A stretch of DNA of 63,336 nt, counting the filler, from Chrysochromulina tobinii (lineage: Eukaryota), in assembly GCA_001275005.1 (NCBI GenBank). It is 5 parts of 5 records of this genome, joined end to end, with 100 filler letters (N's around TTAATTAATTAA, not from the genome) between each part and the next. Parts side by side here need not be neighbours in the genome. Positions count along the whole stretch, not along the records: positions 1 to 18,756 come from JWZX01000738.1; 4 more parts are not named here. One strand, given 5' to 3'. Position 1 is the stretch's first letter. Each line of letters starts with the position of its first letter. Below are positions 1-8,831 of the stretch, piece after piece. Made by a program: the position numbers and the translations under genes. The notes under the pieces are model-generated. The model made no database searches. It was not told where the DNA came from and worked only from the letters and a program-made list of their open reading frames with translations.

Positions 1-1075
1 AGCAGGGACCGGGTTGTCGCGCTCACCAGGCTGCTTGTGTAGCTCTGATGAACAGCAATTCAAGTCAAACACGCGACCAAGTTTACGGCACTGTTACTGC
101 CCGCTCGTTCACGCCATCCTCGGACAAACAACACGTAAAGTTCAACACGAGTGGGCGCGTGTTTAGGCCTCCTGCCCTCATCGCTCGCTGCGGGGCACTT
201 TTTGGACCTAGGGCGACCTTCCCTAATGCATCTTGAGAGAGGGTCAGTTGAATCGACACACAAGGTACCGACCAGCCACTACCACACGAAACACTGCCAC
301 GCAGTGGTCGCGTCGGCATTGCATGCTCAGCTGGGCCTGTCTAGCCAGCTCGTCCTGGTGCTGGGAGCCCTCATTCACAATTGCTCATTCACAGGCACTG
401 AACGGAACACAACCACACCTGCGGTGAGCTTGAGCTCAGCTTCACAGTTGGGTCTGGATCGGTTGGGATCAATATTGCCTGACAAATACATGGTGATGGT
501 CCGCTGAAAGCGAAAGTTTGCGAAAGCCCGCCCCGCCCCCGGATTTGCGGGCCGATACCGTACACTGATGTCCGCGTGGGGCCTTGCAACCGTGCTTTTC
601 CGGACGTTTGGGCGAGGCCAAGGGTAATCCATCGCCCCGGTAGGGTCGAAGACGTCCGAACGGTCGATATCTGAACGATCTATTATGATCACTGATGCGA
701 CTCACTCACACCACACACGCACGAATCAGCAATCACGGTCCACACGCGATAATATACTTTCGTTTCGGGAATCCCATATCTGGTGGACCGGACGGCGGAC
801 GAATACTTACCGGTCTATGTTCATTTCACGGTTTTCGTCCGCCCGTCCCACCTAAGCATGCTAAAGACCAACACGTCCTGGGGAATCTCCCCAGGACCTT
901 TCTCCCCGCTCACACGCCCCCCCAAAGCCTCAGAAATCCCATTGTAATCAGCTCGTCCTTATATCCGTGCGCGGCCATAGGTGTAGCCTGTTTCACAAGA
1001 AGTCAGAGCTCGCACCCTGCTCCTCTCCACGTGGGCGCAGATGTCGCAGGGTGACGGGCCATTTGCCGCATGCCT

Positions 1076-1740
1076 TCAGTAGGTCCACCACGGTTTCGTG
1101 TACTTGGCCTTTGGTTTCAGCAGCTCCGACGGCAGCTGCAGCTTCTGGACAATCTCATCGGGGATAGGGCTCTTGCACGTCCAGCCGCGATCCCTCATGT
1201 ACTTTGTGAGGCGTCGCTCCTCGGAAGCACTCGGCAGCTGCCGGTAGAATACAAACTTTTTCGACTGGCAGTGCTTGATGGCCTTCGAGAGCGAGACGAG
1301 CTTCGAGTTGTCCACCTTCATTTTCAGCCCGCCCTTGTCAAATGCAAAGTTGCCCACGTCGCAGTCGACGCCAGGCGGCGTCTTGGGCTGCGTCTTGGGG
1401 TCGACCAGATCCATTTCGAGCTTGTGCTCCTGGAATTTGAAGCAGAGCGTGTGCGCCGCGCCCTTCGCCTTCTCCTCGACGCACTTGAGGCCGTGGCTTT
1501 CGAGCACAGTCTTGATTTTCTCCTTCTTTTTCTGCACATCGTCCACCAGCGTGTCCACGTCATTCGCTGTCTCGCCACGGATGAGCCAGTCACGCAAGAT
1601 GCCTGCGCACATGAGTTCGAGTCACAAGTGGGTGCACACAAGAGAGGCAGAGGGGTGGAGGGGGCATGTCCGACTTGCAGCATACTGACCACCGTACACG
1701 CAGCCATCTGCGTCCCAAATTGCCGTGTGCGCTATCAAGA
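1076..1740 (-). other. Pol-beta-fold nucleotidyltransferase domain (CCA/poly(A) polymerase head-like) at C-terminus of the giant protein
   Basis: After splicing: VYGGILRDWLIRGETANDVD (hGGxxRD...DxD), third acidic residue in EMDLVD, DCDVGN (resembles DFTxN), RLTKYMRDRGW. Confidence 0.8.
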
Positions 1741-4700
1741 GCAAAGCCTGGTCCTTGTTCTGCGGACTGGGCGGCTTGGTCGGTGTGCGCAGCAGCATCT
1801 GGCGCGTCTGTAGGCCGCTACTTACCCCTTGTCCGTCGGCCGCTACTTCCGCTCCGCTGACAGTCTCCGGATTCAGCATGTTCATTTTCATCGAATCGCC
1901 GCCACCGGAGCTCCATTGGAGATTCTGCTCCAGTCCGAGCGTCTCAATGAGTTTGGCTCGCACACGGCCGACCACCGTACTCTTGAGCGCTCTCGCCCGG
2001 CCCGCCATGCGGATTCGCACGCGGAAAGGACCCGCCGCACCCTTGGTATCGCCGTCCCAGCTTTTGGTCTCAGCGTTCCATCTCTCGACCCTGATCCACT
2101 GGCCTTTGCCCTCTTTGCCCTCGAGCTGTTTGCGGTTGTCGTTCTCCGCTGCCCCAAGCGACTCATCGAGCTCATTACTGAGGTCCTGCTGCAGCACCTG
2201 CTTCACTGTAATGAATTTGCCAATTTTGCCGCTCGCTTCCGGCGGGATGGGCAAGATGATATCCTCTTCGCCGAGGTGCTCGAGCCGCCGGTTGATGCGG
2301 CGCGTGATCGCGGCCTCCATCGCCGCGGGGCACGTGACGATGAGGCTGCTCCTATCCTCCTTGCCGCTAGGCGCGTGACCAAAGTTGATCAAGGCCGACG
2401 GGAACTTAAGCCGGATCGTCTCAAAGAAACCATAGTTGCCGTCCTGGAGCAAGGCGTTGTGGCCCTTTTCGCCAAGGGGCAGAGTGAAGGTGGTGCGCTT
2501 GAAGTCCCTGATCACTTTGGCCATCTTGGAAGGGTCGGGTGCGCTGTTCTCGAGCATCTGCGCGTCAATGTACGAGGCTACCTGCGCCGACGGTTGCATT
2601 TTCCCACCGTCCTGTCATCCCACACGTGGTGGCAAAGGTGGAGACATTCACGTGCGCGTCAGAGCAGTGCAGCGCAATGAGCACACGCAGAAGAAGAGGG
2701 AGAGACGGACGCACCGTTTGGATGACGCTGCCAAACAGCACGAGTTGCGAGGTGTTCGAGGCGGGCAGGGCAAGCTCGGGCTGCCAGAGCGTCGAGTTTT
2801 TGTCGAGCTTGACCTCTGCGGCGCGCTGAGCATGCGCATCCTTATCCTCCTGCTGTTTGATCTGCGCCTTAGCTTGCAAGAGCTGCGCAATGCTTGCTCG
2901 CGCAGCGGTCGTGGACTCATCGTCGCCGTCCTTGTCCTCGCTATCATCTTGTCGCCCGCGCTCCTCGACAAACGCGCGGATGCCTTGCGCTTGCTCGTGC
3001 GAGTTCTCCGAGATCCAAATGAGGCCGTGGCTGAGGTCCTGCGCCTTCTTGGGCACTGCGACCTGGTCATAGTACGCCTTGCACAAGGCAGTGAGGAGGG
3101 CCTGTTTGAGCTCCTCTGGCGGCGACGTCTTTGCGTCCTTCCAATGAAACGGGTCATCCGCGGGATCGTACCCTTTTATGCCTTGCTTACCGAGGGTGGC
3201 TATGATGTGATCGTACACGTCCTCAGCCTCACCCAAAGGCTCAAGGGGTAGGTGGTGCTCCATACACCAGTTGTACCCTCTGCCCTGCGCCTCCTCAATG
3301 AAGCCCTTGACCGTGCGCAGCAGCGTCCAATGGTCGCCCGAGCTATCCTGGAAGGGCGACGTCCTCGCCCCCGATGGCTTGCCTGCATGCCCCGGGCCAA
3401 AAAAGCCCCAGAGTGAGGAAGCCCACGAGGGCGCCGCGGGCGTCTGCACCTGCCTCACCTTGCGCTCCTTATCGGTGGCGTTGTTGGTCTGCACGATCTC
3501 GCCCTTTTCAACTCTGGCCGTGTATTGCTGGCCCCGGCTCTCGTAGCTGACGGGCTTCTGGTCCTGCAGCAGCTGGCGCAGCCTGGCGACGACGGCCGTG
3601 TCGTGGATGTGACTGAACTGCCCCGAGCCATTCTCGACCTCGAAGCCGTGAGGAGCGTGAGACGGCGCCTTGGCGGCCGCCGCTGACTGGATCGGCTTGA
3701 GCGGCAGCAGCTTGACATGGTCGCTACTTGAGAGGGCTGCCGCGAGGTAAACCCCTGCAGCGAGGCATGACAACGACTCCGGCCGTCCCGGGTACGCGCA
3801 GTGGTAGAGGAAGAGGCCGAGGCGCACGCCAAGGCCGAGGTTCAGGTTGAGGCGGCCAACCGATGTCAGGAGGTCAACCTCCCGGCCGCCGATGGTCTGC
3901 TTCTCCAGGAGGCCAAGCGTGCGCAGCCGCTGCTTTGCCAATTGAACGGCCTCCTTCGGTAGCGACTCGATCATCTCGAGCGGCGGCGGAGCCTGCTTCG
4001 TCTTCGGGTCGGGTTTCTGCGCATCCACAAGGCGAAGGACGGTCTGCTCGATGTTGGCCTCGGTGATGGCCGCCGGCGGCTCGTCTACAAACTTAGCTTC
4101 GTCGTCGGCCGAGTAGAGGCGCACGCAGATGCCCGAGGACACGCGTCCTGCGCGTCCGGTACGCTGGCGCATCGATGACTTGGTAATCGACTTCGTGATG
4201 AGCTCCTGCATGTTCGTATGGTGGTTGAAGCGCGCGCGTCGCTCGAGGCCGGTGTCGATGACGTAGCGCACGTTATCGACGGTGATGCCCGTCTCGGCGT
4301 AGTTGGTCGTGAAGACGATGACGCGATCCTCGCGCGGGTTGAGGACCGCGTCTCGCTCCGCCGAGGTGAGCTTGCCGTGGAACGGGTGAATACCGACGAG
4401 GATGCTCTTTCTCTTGCTCTTGCTCTTGCCTCCACCCCAGCCACCACCACCACGCTCAACCGCCGCACCCGCCACTTTGTGGTCGGCGTCTGCGTCAACG
4501 TCGAGGTGAAAGGAGAAGCCCTTGCCGGGGCGGTCAAAGGTGGTGGCGCTCGGGTCAAAGGGGTCGGAGAACCGGCTGCGACAGAAGCTGAGTGCGCGAT
4601 TGATGTCGCCCTCCCCCGGCATGAAGACGAGCACGTTGCCGTCGGCCGAGCTCTGCAGCAGCTCGACAGCCTGCTCCAGCGCCACCTGGCAAAGCACCTT

Positions 4701-7700
4701 GCCCACGCCTGCGGAGCCGAGCTGGCGCGTCTTATCGTGCAGCGACGCGTCTGCGCTGCCGGCCGCCGCGCCCGTCATCATCGAGATGTCGCAACGTTGC
4801 ACGAAGACAGGGTACGTCTTGCCGGTGAGCTCCACTACCTCTGGTAGCGGCTTATCGGGCCCCTCGCGCAAAAAGTTGCGGAAAACCTCTTTCGAGCTGC
4901 CGATGGTTGCCGAGGTGATGATCACGCGCACATCCGTCGCCGCGACGAGCCGCTTGATGAGAGCGAGGCTCATGTCGATCTCCGCTGAGCGCTCGTGCGC
5001 TTCGTCGAGGATGACGGCCGCGTAGCCGACCGACTCCAGGGCCGCGGCCGCCGACGGATCGGCCGGCAGGTCCCCATCGGCATCTTGTTGATCTCCAGCC
5101 GGCGCCGAAGTGCGCGCAAGCTTCCTTGCAAACCGCTGGGGGTCCTTAGCAAGTTGAACGAAGAGGCCATGAGTCATGAAGCGGATTCGTGTCTCGCTCG
5201 AGGCCTTCTCCTCACCTCGGCCCACTGTGTAGCCTACCTCTCGGCCGGCGAGGGTGCCGCGCTCTTCGGCGACTCGATCGCAGAGGGATGACGCGTTCAC
5301 GCGGCGCGGCTGCAGCACAGCGACCTGCCGCGTCTCGTTGGGGTCCAGCACGTGGTCGAGCACATACTGCGGCAGCTGCGTCGATTTTCCCGAGCCCGTT
5401 GGTGCAGTGACAATCAGCACCTGATGCTGCTTGAGCTTTTTGATCAACTGCGCACACAGGTGGTGGAGCAGATGAGCTGGCAATCACAGCACAGTGAGTT
5501 GGCAATCAGCACAATGAGCTGCCATGGAGAGACAGTGAGCTGGCAGTCGATTGGCAGGTAAGGTGCCGCGCCTCACCTCCTCCTTGGCCGCATAGACGGG
5601 AAGACCAGCGTCGAATTGGCGCTTCTCGCGCTCAAACCTGTTGCGAAGATCCTCGTGAGCTGCATCCTCCGATGAACCACTCAGCTCCTTGTACGTGTGC
5701 TCGAATTCGCGCAGGCGCGCGGTGTAGTAGTTGACCGCCTTCCGGCCGTCGTCATACGCTGCCTTGGCGAACGCGTCCTCTTCCTTCTTGATCTGCTCTC
5801 TCAACTCCTGTGCCACCTTGGCCGCCTTCGCCGCTGCCTCCCGCTCGGCTGCACCCGGGTCGACGGCTTGTCCGGTATCCGTACCGAAGTCGACAATGTG
5901 TGTTGGCACGACTTGCTTCGTGTGTTGCCACACTAGAACAGATCCGGCAGGAGGGTTGCTGGCGTTGCCGCCGAGGTTCTGCAAGCATGCCGGCGAGAAG
6001 GCGACAGGGTTGACCAAGCCGTTCATGACGAGGATCGAGCCGCTAGTTCTTGCATATGCGTTCGGCGTGCTCATGTTTCCGTACACGCTGTACACGCCGC
6101 GGCCCCACGCAAGGCCGTTCACACTACCAAAGATCTTCTCATCGAAGCCGTTCAGCGCGATCGAAGTCGAACGCCATACGTCGGGTGTCCCATGAAAGAC
6201 GTCCCCGAGCTCGCGTTGCAGCGCACCCTTGGCATGCAGCGCGCCCTTCTCCTTTTCGTACTCGGCCTGCCGCACGCCCACCTTACACCGGCGAATCGAC
6301 GTGATCACGCGCCCCTGAGGGACCAGCGCCGTCAGCCGCCTGTACTCGTGGTCCGACGGGGGCAGCGGCATGATCGGCGGCGGTGGTGGCGGTGGCGGCG
6401 CAGCCTTCTTGAGCGTCCACTCGCTGCCAAACTTTGCCTGAGGCCATGCCTGCTGATCCAGCTGGCTCAGCCTGGAGCACTTGTTCAGCTCCGCCTGGAT
6501 GGTAGCGCCGAGGTCTTCGGTGATCTGAACCTGCTGCACGTAGCCAGAGACGTGCGGCCGGCGACACGCGTAGCACACGAGACGCATGGGGGCGTAGTAC
6601 TCTCAGCGGACGAGAGAAGCGCAGGGATCGAGGGAATTGACAATGTGGAGGCACTCAGGAGAGTGTCGGTTGGCTAGGCACTCAGGAGAGTGTCGATTGG
6701 CGAGCGCACCGCGCCGTTGAGCACGCTCTGCACCGCTTGCTGCACGAGCGGCTCCTTGACCATCTTGGCCAGAAAGCCCGAGATGCGCTCTCGTGGGTGG
6801 CGGAACTCGCGGTAGGCACCCTGCTCGGTGGTAGGCATCGTCGGGTTTCCACCGCCCTTGTCGACTGCGGCGACGAGGGCGGCCCATGAGACCCAAGTCA
6901 GGTAGGCGGCCTCGGCGCCGTGCGGCTTGAAGTGCATCGAGTTGTAGTGCTTCGCCACGTGCGCAAACGCGAGCCCTCCCTCCTTAGGACGCGCAACGTA
7001 GAGGACATACTTGCCTTGACGGCCCGCGAGGTAGATCTGGCGCGCGGGCGGTTTGGAGAAGAGAGCCCTGAGGGAGCCCTTGTCCAACTTGAAGCCCGTC
7101 TCCTCGCAGAACTCGCGGCATGCCACGTCGAGCGGCAATTCGCGCGAGTGGTCTCGCTTGCCGCCGAGTGGTTTGAGGCCCTCGCCATATTCCATACCGA
7201 GGAGTACTTCCGGCTCACCACCATGGCCGCGGCGCAGCGTGAGTGCGCCGGCTGAGCTGAAGCCGCCCTGCTCCTTTGGCTGCAGCTGAGCAGGACGCAG
7301 CTCCTTGGGCGCCGTGGCGTCGTAGCTCTCGCCATCGTCACCACGGGGTATTCCGCCGCTACTGCCGCCACCGTCGCCACCCGCCGCTGCGCGCCCAGGG
7401 TACCATCTTGGAGCGGCTGTTGGAGGATAGGAAGGCATCGGATCCGCACCACCATCGGGTGGGCCTTCAAGCGGAGTGGTCACCTGGAAGTCGCACGAGT
7501 TGAGGCGTCCCGGTCGGTGAGTCACACGATGCTGGCAGTAGCTCAGCGGCATAGCGCATATGCAGGCACTCTTGCCGCAGCGTGCGGGCAGTACGCGCGT
7601 GCGGGCGGGCGGTACGGGCGGTATTACAATGCCAAAGACGCCCTCCCTCTGCACCCCCATGACCGCGGCCATGCCGGAGCCAAAGATTCGCTGGCCAGCG

Positions 7701-8559
7701 CGCAGATTCCAGTTGCCTGCGTTCGCACCCCACACATGGTAGTTCAAGGAGCACGCGTCCTCGCCGACACGGCCGAAGACCACCCGGTCGGGGAACATGT
7801 CACGCAGGTTGTAGATGGATTCGTCAAGTGCATCGATGAAGCGCTGGTACTGCGCGTGCGTGAAGCCTTTGCTCTGCGCCGAGGGGTGGCAGCGCAAGCG
7901 GTGTGAGGTGTATATGAAAGGGCAGTAAGATATGGTGGCGCAGGCACAGCGGTCACCAGCCACTGATTTATGGCGAGGCCCTTGCCCAGGCGTGGCTCAC
8001 GGCCGTCGTCACTTGGAATGGTCGCCTTGGCGTCTTGCTTTCTTAAGAGGATGCCGACCAGCTCACCGATGCGCTCGCGGACGTGGGCAATGTAAACCTC
8101 GACGGAGTGTTCTTCGATTGCAGGTGCAGCCGGAGCATGCATGGCATCCGGGCTGCCATAAATTTCCCCACGCTGACCGCGATGACTATCTGGGGCGTCT
8201 TTCTCTGCTTCAGACTTTGGGGCGGAATTCGTGCGGGTTGCGGATGGCGGGCCGCTGCCGCCGTTGGGTCTTCGTTGCTTAATCTGCTTCTTGATTTCCA
8301 TGGAGTGGCCTCGGGGAATGCCCTCTATTTGGAGCTGTTCGTGCATCTCCTGAAGTTCATCGTCATCGTAGTTCAGCAGTATTTCCAAACTGCTGAAGCC
8401 AGACCGCCGCATGATTGCCGCGTAGGTTGAAGCGTTCTCAACCACATGCGGATGCGCCGATTCTGTAAGGAATCCGTCGAGCGTTTCGTCGGGCGCGGAG
8501 CACGCGGAGGACGGCCTAAAGGCGCCGGGCGCGTTGAATACGACATGCGGTGGCGGCAT
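1076..8559 (-). CDS. Giant 7-exon multidomain protein (~2,250 aa): SAM - macro-like? - Nudix - PARP catalytic - DEAH-box RNA helicase (WWE-like insert) - KH-like - nucleotidyltransferase
   Basis: Exons 8559-7957, 7873-7628, 7483-6710, 6533-5577, 5447-2715, 2611-1690, 1602-1076 join in frame via GT-AG introns (7874-7956, 7484-7627, 6534-6709, 5448-5576, 2612-2714, 1603-1689). Two junctions rebuild conserved motifs: LPVYAAKEE|LIKKLKQHQVLIVTAPTGSGKSTQLPQY (DEAH N-terminus) and GCVYGG|ILRDW...NDVD (NTase signature). The Nudix-PARP join (acceptor 6534 or 6531) is the least constrained. Confidence 0.8.
2715..5610 (-). other. DEAH/RHA RNA helicase (RecA1, RecA2, HA2, OB-like) of the giant protein
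   Basis: Motifs APTGSGKSTQLPQY, QPRRVNA, VGY, FMTHG, ILDEAHER, TSAT, LVFMPG, TNYAETGITVDNVRYVIDTG, QRTGRAGR, GDHWTLL. Confidence 0.97.
5886..6370 (-). other. PARP-family ADP-ribosyltransferase catalytic domain of the giant protein
   Basis: Ordered motifs: EYRRL...ITSIRR...EYE; VFHGT (6186-6197); SIALNGFD; AWGRGVYS; NAYA; ILVM; VLVW...QVVPTHIVDF. Confidence 0.85.
6750..7260 (-). other. Nudix hydrolase domain of the giant protein
   Basis: SAGALTLRR...EVLLGMEYGEGLKPLGGKRDHSRELPLDVACREFCEETG, a Nudix box (G..x..E-x7-REUxEExG) with catalytic glutamates intact, ~7096-7166. Confidence 0.9.
8275..8490 (-). other. SAM-like domain at N-terminus of the giant protein
   Basis: LDGFLTESAHPHVVENASTYAAIMRRSGFSSLEILLNYDDDELQEMHEQLQIEGIPRGHSMEIKKQI fits the SAM pattern (fL..l.L..Y...f...gf.sl..L......L..l..Gi..GH..kI). 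Confidence 0.65.
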
Positions 8560-8831
8560 TTCTCGTCGAGGTCGTGCTCTTCGCGAGCGCGGCGCACAAA
8601 ACCCGAGCGATGTGGACTCGCTACTGCCGCGATACCCGCCAATGTGTGAATGCGTGTGTGGGTGAATGCTAACACGTTCACGTTCATGCTCACTCGGCAA
8701 GGATGCCTTCTTTGTTCCGCTCGTTAATTAAAAGGCGCCGAAACGCGTGTTTCCCCACAGGGGGAGAGGTCCCTGGAGCCGATGGCTGCCGCGCGCGCTC
8801 GGCTTCTATTGCCCGTGCGATCGACTGTAAG
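8560..8831. promoter_or_regulatory. Probable bidirectional promoter between the two multidomain genes
   Basis: 272 bp between divergent ATGs at 8559(-) and 8832(+), with an AT-rich patch GTTAATTAAAA near 8723. Inferred from geometry only. Confidence 0.5.

Noticed and set aside
1..700. Short ORFs at the window start
   Set aside because: No recognisable motif or consistent exon structure; cannot support a gene call.
803..815. ATACTTACC, resembling the U1 snRNA 5' end
   Set aside because: No U1 loop motifs (GATCAC, ATTGCAC) or Sm site follow.
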